64,000 nucleotides of DNA. Source: Lama glama. Lineage: Eukaryota. Made by a program: the position numbers and the translations under genes. The notes under the pieces were generated by a model. It saw only the letters and a list, made by a program, of their open reading frames with translations. It searched no databases and had not been told where the DNA came from. Position 1 is the stretch's first letter. Each line of letters starts with the position of its first letter. The stretch covers positions 100,876,001 through 100,940,000 of the forward strand of contig CM052817.1 of assembly GCA_028534125.1 (NCBI GenBank). Reading direction: 5' to 3'. Below, piece after piece: positions 38,601-51,448 of this stretch.

Positions 38601-39932
38601 AAATATACCAGGGGTCTAAGTTCTCCCGACCTCTTCAGTCCAGATACAGAATCACCTTTGCACACAAGTATGTCTTGAGGTCCCATTACGTGCCAGGATT
38701 AGATGCTGTTAAATGCTGAGAATACAATGCGGAAAAAGATGGGCTTAACTCCTCATTGAGATTATGGTCTGGTTGAGGAGCTAGACAAGAAAACTATGAA
38801 GAAAAGGGGCTGGAGAGTAGAGAATGCTGTGGGAGCACACAGGAAAATAATCCCTTACATAGGTCTTAGGAATCAGGAGGGCTTCCAAGAGAAAGCAATA
38901 TATAGCTGAGACCTGAAAGGTGAGTAGAATTTAGACAAGGGGGGGGGGACGGCAGTCTCCTGTGGATTAAACACTGGCTAGGTTTAATGCAGTAATCACC
39001 CACCCACAGACACACACCCCGTTCTAGATTGACTGTGACTGACACCATCCTGTTCCTGCTCTTCTGATAGCTGAGGCACAGTTCCTGGTTCTGTCGCCCA
39101 GCCTGGTCTCTACAGCTGCGCTTGGCCATGTCCACTCCCGGCATCAGAGCTCAGGAGCTCCTCAGAGAAGAAACATCTACCTCTTTTGTAGAGCCATAAT
39201 TACCGAAAGGACAATAGTTAATGTCTGTTAGTCTCTGAAGCACTGGCATGTGACTCATTTCATTCGATTCCTGTGATTTGTGAGATTTAATTACTCTCGT
39301 TTAACAGATAAAGAAACTGAGGCTCGGGGAAGTTAATTGATTTGACCATAATCACACAGTGTGTAAGGGGCAAATTGGGACTCACAGCAAGATCTAAGAG
39401 CAATTAGGATTTGTAAATAAGTTTGTTAAATAAATAACACAGTAATAAATGGGCTTTATGATTCCCCCAAGTGAAGCTTTTCCCTTGATCACAGTGCTTT
39501 CTCTTGTGTCCTGAGGAGTAGGAGATTTCCTTGGGATTTATGGGAGGTCGTCTTAGGGACTCTAGGGGAAGGAAGGGCTACTGGGGCTCAAAGCCCAGCC
39601 CACCCCTACCCCTTGTCATCATCCAAAGGAACCCTACTCCCCCCACCCCTGAATAGTTACTTGAAGACATTCCTGGAGTGGGGGTTGGGGGCAGGCAGCG
39701 CTGGGGGAACGGCCTCACCAATGACATGGCACGCATAGTCTTTAAAAACCGTTTGAGGATGATGGTGATGTTATTGGGAAGCTGCAACCTAAATGTGAGA
39801 AAGAGAAACAAACGCTTCCTATTCTCCAAATGCATTGTGTCCCATGGGGGAGAATAGTTTATATCAAGCGGATGACAGGCAGAAGCAGCATTATCTTCTG
39901 GGTGGGGATGTGGAAGGAAGACCCAGAACTTT

Positions 39933-40899
39933 CCCTTTTTTTTTTAATTGAAGTATAGTCAATTTACAGTTTGCATCAGTTTCTGGTGTACAGCATCATA
40001 TTTCAGTCACATATACATACATATATTTGTTTTCATATTTTTTTATTATAGGTTACTACGAGATATTGAATATAGTTCTCTGTGCTATGCAGTAGGACCT
40101 TGTTGTTTGTCTACTTTATATATAGTAGTGTGTATCTGTTAATCTGAAATTCCTAATTTATTGCTCCCCCTTCTTTCCCCTTTAGTAACCATAAGTTTGT
40201 TTTCTATGTCTGTGAATCTGTTTCCATTTTGTAAGTAAGTCCATTTGTGTCTTTTTTAAAGATTCCACATATAAGTGATATCATATGGTATTTTTCTTTC
40301 TCTTTCTGGCTTACTTCACTTAGAATGACAATCTCCACGTCCATCCATGTTGCTGGAAATAGCATTATTTTACTCTTTTTTATGGTTGAGTATAAATATC
40401 CCACATCTTCTTTATCCAGTCATCCATTGATCTGTCAATGAACATTTAGGTTGTTTCCATGTCCTGGCTATTGTAAATAGTGCTGCTATGATAAATCAAT
40501 AAATCAATAAATAAAATTTTAAAAACATTAAAAACAACATTGTAAACTGTATTTCAATAAAAATATATAAAAATAAAATAAAGTTTTACAATCTTAAAAA
40601 AAATAGTGCTGCTATGAACATTGGGGTGCATGTATCTTTTCGAATTAGAGCTTTCTCCAGACATATGCTCATGAGTCAGATTACTGGATCATAGGGAAAT
40701 CCTATTTTTAGTTTTTAAAGGAATCTCCATGCTGTTTTCCATAATGACTGCATCAAACTACACTCTCACCAACAATGCAGAAGGATTCCCCTTTCTCCAC
40801 ACATTTTCCAGCATTCATCACTTGTGAACATTTTAATAATGGCCATTCTGATCAGTGTGAGGTGATACCTCATTATAGTTTTGATTTGCATTTCTCTGG
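39933..40899 (-). mobile_element. 5'-truncated L1 with TSD and a nested insertion
   Basis: TSD agacccagaacttt at 39919-39932 and 40900-40913. Confidence 0.9.
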
Positions 40900-41595
40900 A
40901 GACCCAGAACTTTTGAGAGATTTATATTTAAACCCTAAGCCTTCAACTGGTTAGCATGAGCTTCAGGTTTTACCATTTGTAATAGTGATCTTAATAAACT
41001 TCCTTTATAGGATTATCATGAAAATCACCTTTTGTTTTGTCTTGCTGTTGTATCCTGATGCCTAGAACAGAACCTGGCACATGGTAGGTGTTCAATAAAT
41101 AGCCATTGAATGAATGAAATTAAATGACAATTATGAAAACTTTCTACCTAACCCAGTATCTGACTCACTGAAGATGCATTTTTTTCTTCCAGGGAAAATG
41201 AATCAACTGACTGAAGACAGAATGTTTTTGGAGAGGAAGTAGAATGAAATAGTAATAGTAGCTAAATACTATTAGAATACTCTGTGCCCCAGATACTGCA
41301 CTACATGCTCGCACATATTAACTCTTGTGCCCCTAGGAAAGTTATTTAACCCCTCAGATTTAGTTTTCCCATTTATAAAGTAGAAACAATAGCACTGACG
41401 TCATAGCCTTACTGTGAGAGTGAAGTCACTTAATCCACATATAATTCTTAGAACAATTCCTCACATATGGTAAGTTCTCAATATGATTTAACTCTGCTTA
41501 GGTTATGAAATCTCCTCCACTCCATGTTTTACCAATGTGCTGGTCTGAGGTCAGTGAATAAATGCTTTACACGTTTTGAAATGAGATCTATGTAG

Positions 41596-41735
41596 TGTCA
41601 ACTGAAATCAAATGCACAGTCTAAAAGTTGAGGCTTACGTTTTATTCAGTGGACTTTCTGAGGACTTGGGCCTTGGAGGCAACCTCCCAGATCCCTCTAA
41701 GAGATGGTTCCACCCAGGCAAGGACAAAGCCAGAA
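41596..41735 (-). mobile_element. Inverted partial copy of the adjacent LTR 3' end
   Basis: Aligns by eye to the reverse complement of 42120-42259 with scattered mismatches. Confidence 0.85.
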
Positions 41736-41741
41736 CAGAAC

Positions 41742-42259
41742 TGTGAATGAAAAATGTTGCCTTTCATATCAGTAAACAAAGGATGCTGTAGTCATCAAGT
41801 CATCAGCCGCTACGGTCCCCTGCCCCCGCCCTGACAGTGAGCGGAGAGAACTCAGGATGGAGACAAGCAGGCAGCCCGGCCTCTGCTGCCATCCCCAGTG
41901 GTGCCCCCCCCCCCCCCCGAGGGAACTCAGGATGGGAAAGCACAGGACACTGGCCCTAGAGAGCTAGGTGCATATCAAAGGAATGATTTCAATGGGCCCA
42001 GACCTTTGCACCTTGCCATATATACAAAAGCACAAAATTCCTTGAGATATCTGGCTTCCTTTAACGGTAAACTTTTGATGTTCCGACTACCTGGTCTTTG
42101 TTGCAAAAACTCCTATATATCCTGCTTCCTCCCTTACCTGGGTGGAACAGTCTCTTAGAGAGATCTGAGAGGCTGCCTGCCAGGCTCAAGTCCTCAGAAA
42201 GTCTACCAAATAAAACATAACTCTCAATTTTTAGGTTGTGCATTTTATTTCAGTTGACA
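41742..42259 (+). mobile_element. Solo ERV-type LTR (TG...CA)
   Basis: Begins tgtgaatg and ends gttgaca; TATA-like ctatata at ~42113 and AATAAA at ~42209. Confidence 0.7.
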
Positions 42260-43838
42260 GTTTGCAGTGGGAGCATTTACCAGAGGACACAGGGTTTCAG
42301 CTGGGCCTTCACTAAATTTGGATGGGGAGAATAGAGTGGGAAAAGCATTCTAGAAGGAGGGAAGATGTAAGGGATGGAGATAGACCACTTACTAGTTTCC
42401 CTGTGTGTAAAACTGGGATCATACCTCCCTCGCAGTGTTGTTGCTATTAGGGTGTTATATGAAGTAATGAATGTAAAATTCTTAACATAGTGCCAGGCAC
42501 ATAAGCATCCAATACAGGCAGCTAGTGTTACCATCATCACAGAACAAACAGAAGGGCAGAAATGAAAGTTTGTGAGACAAAGAGACACTAGCCACTTCCA
42601 TAGAAGAACTGAGCTAGCCTTAGGTTCCCAGAATATACCATTAACTTAGTGATTTTTTCAGCTACATACAACCTTCTTAGTAGCACAAACCTGGTTTAAG
42701 TGGAGCCTTAAGTCTTAATGGTTGGAACTGGGTGGGTGGGAAGTGGGACCTGACTTTGAATAGACTGCTTAGAATAATTTTCATACTTAAATTGAAAGTT
42801 CAAGTAAAAGTTACTGAGAAACTGACTCACTGGAAAGTAAAGTAGTAAGTTCAGTGAGGAGGTGGTTTATTCTTTCTTCACAGCCTTGCAGGCAGGCAGA
42901 GTCGTGCTCCTTGAAAGTCACCCTGCCATGGCTGGAGCAGGAAGAAGTCGTAACGTGAGCCAGATGACTTTCCAGCCACTCCTTAACATACTTGATAGAA
43001 ACTTCGAGCTCCCAAAATAATTTCCCTGACCTCAGCGCTCTTTGGGACGCTGGTATTCGCTGCTGGACCCTTCACCCAACCCTACCCCAAATATCTTACA
43101 GAGACATGGCCTTAGGCCTAACTTTTCCTATCGTATCTGTGGCAGGAATTGCTGTTTTAGTTGTTTTTTAGTTTATGTGTGAAGATTCTGTGCACCTACA
43201 AAATGGAAGGGCATTTTCTCATTGGAGCTTTATGGACTCAAGCGTGGAGTTTTGTGGATTTACCTACAGTATGTACAAAGCCCCAGGTGACTCAGCAGAT
43301 GTGTCTTCTGCAATCCATGTTTGGAGATACTATAAACATATACTCTTTCTTCCATCTGTACGGTACCAAATTAAAAACCTCCTAATTTTTCCAGCCTGGG
43401 TTGATTACCCGACTCTTCATGTGCCCAGGTCGAGGTGGGGGGGTACACTCTGCAGGGAAGCTTCCTGTCCATAGCAGCTCACACCAGCTCGTCTCTGCCC
43501 TCTGGGGATTCTTCACCATGCTGATCTGAAACTTAGCATCTAATGGCTTTTTATTACCCAGTGCGTTTATTCTGTCTTCCCAACCAGGTGACAGGGACCA
43601 GGTGGGGACTAGGTCTTACTTTAACTTTTAACTACTCTTTATCCCCTCTCACTACCTAACATAATGCACCGGCAAAGAAGGCTCTTGAAGAAACAATATT
43701 TTATCCCTCGATGACAGTCCTCCTCCCAGTTCAGAAATAGCTCAACTAAAAATGAGTCTATGATTGAATCGTTATTTTCTTTGCTCTGAAAACAGAAAAC
43801 ACGTCATTCCTAAGAAGTTAGCGTGGGGTCTGTAATGT

Positions 43839-43907
43839 CCGTTTGTTTGTTTGTTTTATTGGAGGTACTGGGGATTGAACCCAGGACCTCGTGCATACTA
43901 AACATGC
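43839..43907 (-). mobile_element. 5'-truncated Vic-1-like SINE with TSD
   Basis: TSD tctgtaatgt at 43829-43838 and 43908-43917. Confidence 0.82.
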
Positions 43908-45451
43908 TCTGTAATGTTCAGTTTTTGAACATTGTGTTTCAGATGCTTCACCAGGGGACAATATCAGAGTGTGTGGAAATGAACATGTCCTGGTTGTGAA
44001 GATTAAGCTTGGGACTAATTCTGGACTCTGTGTTCTGCTTCTAGAAAGCCAAGGCCTCAGACAGTTCTATTTATTAATTGGATTTGGCAAGGGGAATTCA
44101 TTCCTTATAAAAATACACAAGCAAGCTATTAAAAACAACGTTCAAAGGGGAAAGTTAAAAATAATGTGCAAAAGGCCGAATTGCTTAACTCAAATACAAG
44201 TTTACAAAAATAATTCTATTAAAATTTCCTTAGGCATTTATTGGTAACATTGAAGCGTCTGAAGAAGACGAGTCAGATGTGGGGTGTTAGTTCAAGCTCC
44301 TCAGAAACTGAGAGTTATTTTCCCTCTCCAACATTTTGTGTAGTTTTTAATAATAAAGACTTTCTACATGACGGAAAGATGGAGCAGAGTTTTAAAAAGT
44401 GAATCTCCTAAAACCTTGAGCAAATTTTACATACATGTCCTTTTTCTGGAAAAAATCCAAAGCTTTATTTGGATTCTCAAAAGAAATCGTTAATCAGATT
44501 TAAAAACACAGGTCATCTTCCTACCCACTACCTTGAACTTAACAGGAGAGATGTAGACACTTCTAAATCACTTTTATTCCAAGTACATCTCAAATTTCAA
44601 TGCATTTTTCACTTATATCAAAGTAAACAAACACAAAAACCCTGTACCTTTAACAATCTCAGAATTAGAAAGAAAAAAAAAAAACCCACTGGTGGCATTT
44701 ATTCCAAGGCTGGGCTTCTGTAATGACCCCATGGGCCTGTGGGACTTGACAAGGATTTGTAGACTTGCTCTTAAGTTGCTCTTTGAACATCTGGAGTCCT
44801 CATACGAGTGAGGCTGCTAAGTCATTCAGAAGTGTCAGCTTTTTAGTTTGCCTGATTAAAAACGTAGTACCATCTCCCTCAGGTCCCACAAAAACCGCTA
44901 GAAGTGCTTAACCGAGTCCCACACACTGAAACCATTCTCTGGGAGTTAATTAGGAACTGCGCTTTTCCCAGACTCAGAAGTTTTTGAACTGATCGGCACA
45001 GTGGGTCTATTATACACATTATCGAAAGTTGAAAAAAAAAAAGTTGCCTGAGCTTGGGGAAAAGGTTCTTACAGAAAATAAAAATCAAAAAAGGAGGAAG
45101 CTTTATGTGAAATAAAGTTTGTTTTTAAGAAGTCTGCCTTCTTGTTAATTCAATAGGGTGGAGGTGGAGCACCGTGGGAAGCAAAACAGGTTTTCAGGGG
45201 ATAATTTTAAAGACTCCTGCTCCTGTTGGTGGGGACATCACAAAGCAGTGAATGACACTCCAGCTGAGAACAGAGGTCACCCAAGTGACAACAGAACTTG
45301 AAAAGGACAGCAAATAGCTCTAAAAATACATATTCTATCTTTTATTCTAGGGATAGCTGTAGAATATGATTCAAATACCAAAAGAAAGATCCAAAATAAA
45401 AAATTAGAGAATGAATCATGTCTGTTGTGCTATACACATCTCGAAATATAC

Positions 45452-45546
45452 TTTTTTTTTTTTAAGTGAAGGTACTGGGGATTAGAACCCAGGACTACAT
45501 GCACGCTAAGCATACGCTCTACCACTGAGCTATATCTTCCCTCCAC
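45452..45546 (-). mobile_element. Vic-1-like SINE
   Basis: ggtactggggattagaacccagg...ctctaccactgagctata with poly(T). Confidence 0.82.
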
Positions 45547-48500
45547 CCTGTAAGGTATTTCATTCTCCCTTTTCAAGGACACCTGAGCCCCAGCCTGTTA
45601 TATGGAACAACACATCTTGTTACTACACTAGAGAAGGAAAAAAAAAAAGAAGAGGAAATCATTTAATAGAGAATCATTTGTTCTTTAAACATTACTCTTG
45701 CCTTTTGTCATGTTTTTACTTTTTTTCTCTTCAAATCATTTCCTTTTCCAGCTTGGAACTTAAAATCCATAGCTTTCACGTGGATTATTGACTTCTTTTC
45801 CAAAAGCATCAAAGATGTTTCATTCCAAGCAAGAAGTTAATTTTCAATGAGGCCACTTGAGAGCATTGGTCTAACATAATTCAAGCCTCTCTGGAAAAAC
45901 CACACCTCCAAACAGAATTAGAACCCTGGTTACTATTCAACCTGTGCTTCCTTGTTACGCACAACAGTCATAGTATTTACAGAGAAGTGGTAGATAGGGA
46001 ATTAAGAATGTTCGTATGAGACCGTTGAAATCTATTGTTTTTGTAAAGATGTCTTAGAGTACGGCCTTATCTGTTTGTTCCATATACATGCTCTTTTCTC
46101 CCAGGTGATCTTTTTTATCAGCATAAAGGAAATGGTTTCACCGCTGTGGGAAAGCGTTCTGGGAGGAGCAGGAAACAGTTTACAGGTGTCTCAAATGAGT
46201 TCACTTTAGGTCCTATTCCAAGTTCAGGAACAGGAAAATTTCTCTTCCTCACCCTCGCTATCTCAGAGGTGTCCAAGATCCACCCGCCCTCCTCTTGGGC
46301 AGCTGAGAGGTAAGTTGGTCACATAGGGAAGTTGACAAAACCTACCATGGTCTTGGGGCTAAGTCTGGAATCATTTTCACAAGGTGGTCATCAAGCAAAG
46401 TGCTGGCTACTGTCCAAGGAAGACTTCCCCAGCATGCTGTGAGGAGAGAGGGTCACTGCTGCAGAGCTCAGGCCCAGGCAACGAACATGGCCCATTCCAG
46501 TGGGCACTGGGTATCTGCAGAGCCAACTCAGCTCCCACAGTCCCACGACCTCCAGACAGTGTCCCTCTCCATGGCCTTAGCTGCATTCTTCCTCACTCTT
46601 GTGTGGCTCTCAGGGCCTCTCTCCTCCCCACACCTGGAAGGAGTCTTTTTCCATCTTGAGAGGAGACTCCACTTTCCTCACATTCTTTCTCTTTAATGTT
46701 CTTCCCATGTTCCAAGTCTCATTATTCTGTACGGTTCAGGCTTTGGAAAGCAAAGAAGGGAAGACTTCTTTTCCTCCTGCATTTTTTCCTATAAAGAAGA
46801 GAGTTAATGCTGACCCAGGCCTGACTGTAGGCCAGTTCCTGCAAAGCCTGGCCTCTATCTGCCTCATCACACTTTTCTTCACTTGAGATGCCTTCTTCCA
46901 GTTCCTTAACCCATTCAGGCTCCTTCCCTCCCAGGGTGTTTGCCCAGAATGTCTTTCTCCTTTCATCTCCTTTGCCTGGTTGACCTTTATGTATCAGTCA
47001 AATCTCAGGTCTCAGCTCCTGACACTTCTCAGTGACTTCCTTCCTGACCTTGAGACTAGGACAGATTCCCATATTATATCATTTTGTAGAAGCAGCTACT
47101 ACTCCTTCAGTATTTAGCACAGTTGCAATTTTATATTTGCCTATGTCATTATTCAGTACCATCTGTCTCTCCCATTAGACGGCCAGTTCCACAATGACAG
47201 GGGTTTTTGTCACTTTCACTGTTAACGCCTCAGCGCCTAGCATAATAAGCGTGATAGTCTCTTGTGGAATAGTCATTTTTTTCCCTCTGTATAATCTTTG
47301 GGTCACTAGACTTGAATCAATTCTATATGGAAAACTCTGAGTAACTAAATAAATTAGGCAATATCAATCTGGACCTCCTAGGATTTTGTATGATTTATCT
47401 AACAGAATAATTGAACATGGCAGATAATGATCAAATTTAGGGGGAAAAAGATTCAAAGTTGAAATTCCACAGCCTAAGTATAAGTAGCTGTTGCAAAAGG
47501 TTATTAGCCTTGTAGTAGACTTAAATTTTGCAACTACTGTTCAGAAATGCAAAAATATACTTAAAAAATTAAACTCTAATTGCCCACAAAACCCCTTTCC
47601 ATTAGGTAGCAGAAAAACAACGAACAAGCTTTCCCTTAAATGTTAACTGTCTTCTGGTTTAAAATTTAATTTCTCCTTAGAAATTATTCAGACATTGTAG
47701 GATTTATATATATTTATATATATATACATATATTATACATATACACATATGATTTATATGTATATAAATATACATTCCCCACATGACTTCTCAGTGCCAG
47801 TGCAGGAAATTATTATAAATAGAAAAGATGTTACAAAAGAGTAAACTAGTCAATTTGTGGTGATAACTTTCCCTTTAGGAAAAACAAGATTATATCCTTG
47901 CCTCTATCACACACAAAATAAATCTAGATACAGAAAAAAGCTTGTAATCTACTAGAAGAAAATACAGAGGAAAATTACATGGTCTTTAGGTAGGGACAAG
48001 AAAAATCAAATTAGTATAAATAAGAGAAAGAGATTAAGTGATCTCAATTTTAAATGATAATGAAATGAGTTGACTAGAAAACATACTTGAAGTAATAAGA
48101 AACTTTGGTGATGTGACTAGGTATGAAACAAATAATCAAAAATCATTCACTATTCCCTATACTTATAATAATCAGAAAATTGAAAAGAGAAAACATTACA
48201 TTCACAGTAGCAACTAAACTATAAAACACTTAGGAATAAATTAAGAAAATAAAGGATTATGTATGGTAATCTGAAGCAAACATCATGATATATAAATTGG
48301 TAGATACATATTTGCATTGTATATACTTTCCCATACTTTTAAATTAAAAATTATTTAATTTCAAATTAATGTCAAATTAATGATTATTCTCTCGTGATAT
48401 TATACGTGAGTCTTCTTTTACCAAGTTAATTATTATTTTGGTTTCTTTCTTTTTGGTAACTAATTTATGATGTCTAATTTAATCTGGTAACTGACTGTTC

Positions 48501-49452
48501 ATTGCATGAACAGTATGAAATTCCCCTGGATACTTAGACTATAGGGGTGGGGCAAATACCTCTCTGCGAACCATCTGCAGAGATGCAATTCTGGATCTTT
48601 TCTGGGGAGTGGTTGCTTGTGGGGCAGGCAGTAACATGAAAATGACCCTTATCTCCGTGCTGAGTTGTCTGTTTTGCAATACAGAAAATAAGGTGTGGCA
48701 CCAGCCAACAACGCTGGTGTGACTTTGCATTGACAACAGGAGAGTTTAGTGGTGTACAAAGAGGAAGTTAGGGGAAAACAAAACAAAATAAAGCCTGGTC
48801 TTTATTCCTAATGCAGGAAACAAGACTGTCTGTACCCTCATTGAATTCTCCAACTGAGCAAATATTTAATCATATTAACAAGCTGCTGATATTTAATACA
48901 TACTATTGGGGAGATATAAAGGGATTGTCTAACAGTCTAACTTAAAAAAAGAGTCATGATCTTGTTAGGATTTGATGACTCAGAAAAAAAAAGTAAAAGT
49001 GGAGTGAAAGGGGGCCCCTATTCTGCTGGCTTTTCTGCCTGACACATTGGCTAAGATTCTCCAATCAAGGAGGCTGACTTCTTTAGACTTAAATTGGGCT
49101 AACATATGAAGATGAACATGTAATTTATACTGCATTAAACCAGCAAGTTTTCACCAATCCAATACTGTGTATAGTTTCTGTTTTATTTGGCCAGGAATTT
49201 CCTAGCCTTGGGTGACAGGAAGATGTTTAACAGGGAGAATCAGAAGGAGATGTTAGTTTCAGAATTTGCAGATCAAAGTTAGAAAATATGTACTTCAGTT
49301 CAGGCAAGCAAATTTGCATATACACTCAAGTAAAAAGTTAAAAGTTTTGACCTTGATGTTTTATTCACTATAAACATATATTTAATCAATTCTCTATTAA
49401 AAAACATTTAAATAGTTTCCAGTCTTTCATTGTTTTAAGCTATTATAGGACT

Positions 49453-49781
49453 GCAGTCTGTCATCAGCATTCCAAAACAAAAAGCTCCGAAAACCTTTTC
49501 ATAACCTACATGGTGGTAAAAAGCTGACCTGACTTGAACTTATTTGGCAAAAACAAACTATGCGGCTATTAAGTTATTTATACTCCTTACATATCTGACT
49601 TCATGTGAACGTGTTTCACTGCGAAATTATTAATGTCTGATTGTGGGATCTGCCCTAGTATTCCCAGGGATGTCATGTAATATGAAGTATATCCATGTTT
49701 TAACTTTTTCAAATCTGAAAAATTCTGACTTCTGAAACATATATGCCCCCAAGGTTTTGGATAGGGAACTATGGACCTGTA
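49453..49781. mobile_element. Old Tigger-type MITE (MER46C-like)
   Basis: End ...ccccaaggttttggatagggaactatggacctgTA resembles TcMar-Tigger termini. Confidence 0.45.
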
Positions 49782-50910
49782 TTCACTGCAACAAATGTCT
49801 TTAATATCTTTGTTTCATTAGGAGAAATTTACATTATGTACAGCATATTTCTCAGTCAGATTTTCTGGGTTTGAGTCCTCGTTCTGTTACTATTTGTTAA
49901 CTGTAGCTATATTTAAATTTTCTCAGCAGTAAAATGGGAATGATACTAGTTGCAGTTATTCTGAGGATGGAGTGAGGGAACACAAGCAGAACACTCAGAA
50001 CAGCTGGGTAATTAGTAAGCATTTAATACATGTCAGCTATAATTATCATAAGAGTGTACCAATTTATATTTCTGACAACAGTGCACTCATTTTTTATGCT
50101 CCTACCTACATTTGGTATAACTATTGTTTATAATCTTGTCTAATGTAATAGACCCTCCCCTGAAAGATATCCCATTTTTGCTTGCATTTCTTTTAGTGAT
50201 ACTGAAAATATTTTCATGCTTTATTAGTATTTCAATACTCCACATTTTTTGAATGTCATACTTTTCAAAGATCTTCTCTATTAAAATATAAAAATATTTA
50301 CATTTACCTATAGTTTCCCCTGTATTTGCAAGTTTCTTTTCTTTTTTCCTTTCTTTCTTCCTTTTAAGAGTTTAATCCTTCTAGATTATTCTAATATATC
50401 ACTTAAAGAATCGTATATTCTTAGCCAATTTCCCCAATACCAGTTACCGAATAATCCATCTATTTTCACCACTGATTAAAAACCGTTTTTATCATATGCA
50501 AATTATCTTTTTCCAGACATCGCATATTATTCCTTTGATTGACCTATTGATTCTCTTGCCCACCCCATATTGTTTAAGCTTCCAGCATAGGTCAAACACT
50601 ATTTTTATTTTTCACAAACTTCCTAGATATTGATACATATTTATTCTTCCAGACAAAAATCAGAAATATCTTACAAAATTTTCAACAAAACTGCATTGGG
50701 ATTTTTGACTGAAATTAATTTAGAGGAAACAGACGCATTTCAATATTGATTCTTCCCATTTGTTCAAGGACGTGAAATATGTCCCCAATTCTTTTTAAAG
50801 TTTCATAAACTTTAAAGTCTTTGCCAATAGCTACAGCTAATTAACAAGTTCTGAAATATGCATGCCATTTTGATTTACAGCAGATTGAAAACTAAATTAA
50901 TATGCGAATA

Positions 50911-51112
50911 CAGTTAACCCTTGAACAACTTGGGGGTCAGGGGCACTGACTCTCCACGAAATTGAAAATATGCATATAACTGTACAGTCAGTCCTCTGTA
51001 TCCCTGCATTCAACCAAGGACCAGTGTAGTCCTGTAGTACGTATTCAGTGAAAGAAATCCATATCTTAGTGGATCCTTTCAGTTCAAACCTGTGTTTTTC
51101 AAGGGTCAACTG
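50911..51112. mobile_element. Tigger2-derived MITE
   Basis: TIRs cagttaacccttgaacaac and gtttttcaagggtcaactg, flanked by a TA duplication. Confidence 0.85.
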
Positions 51113-51135
51113 TACCTTTATCTGTACTAGGTAGT

Positions 51136-51448
51136 TGTTATGGACTGAATGAATGACTCAAAACTCACAGATGAAGCCCTAACCCCCTAGTGCGATGGTA
51201 TTTGGAGATGGGGCTTTGTAGAGGTAATTAGGATTAGATGACGTTATGAAGAGGGGCCCTTATGATGGGACAGCACTCTTATAAGAAGAGACACTGGAGA
51301 GCTAGTGCTTGCTCTCTCTCTGTCCCTGTGCTGGTACAAAGAAGAGGTCATGTGAGAAAGAAAGAAGGTGACTGTTTGCGAGAGCCCTCACCATAAATTG
51401 ACCATGTTGGCACCCTGATTTCAACGCTCAAATTCAACAGAATGAATT
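51136..51448 (+). mobile_element. MLT1A/B-like MaLR solo LTR (similarity extends to ~51505)
   Basis: tgttatggactgaatg...ggtatttggagatgggg...ttctgttgtttaagcc...ttgttatggcagccc. Confidence 0.8.

Noticed and set aside
50911..51112. Tigger MITE ~4 kb from TIGD4 as a remnant TIR or target
   Set aside because: Self-contained common MITE with its own TA duplication; proximity is likely coincidental.
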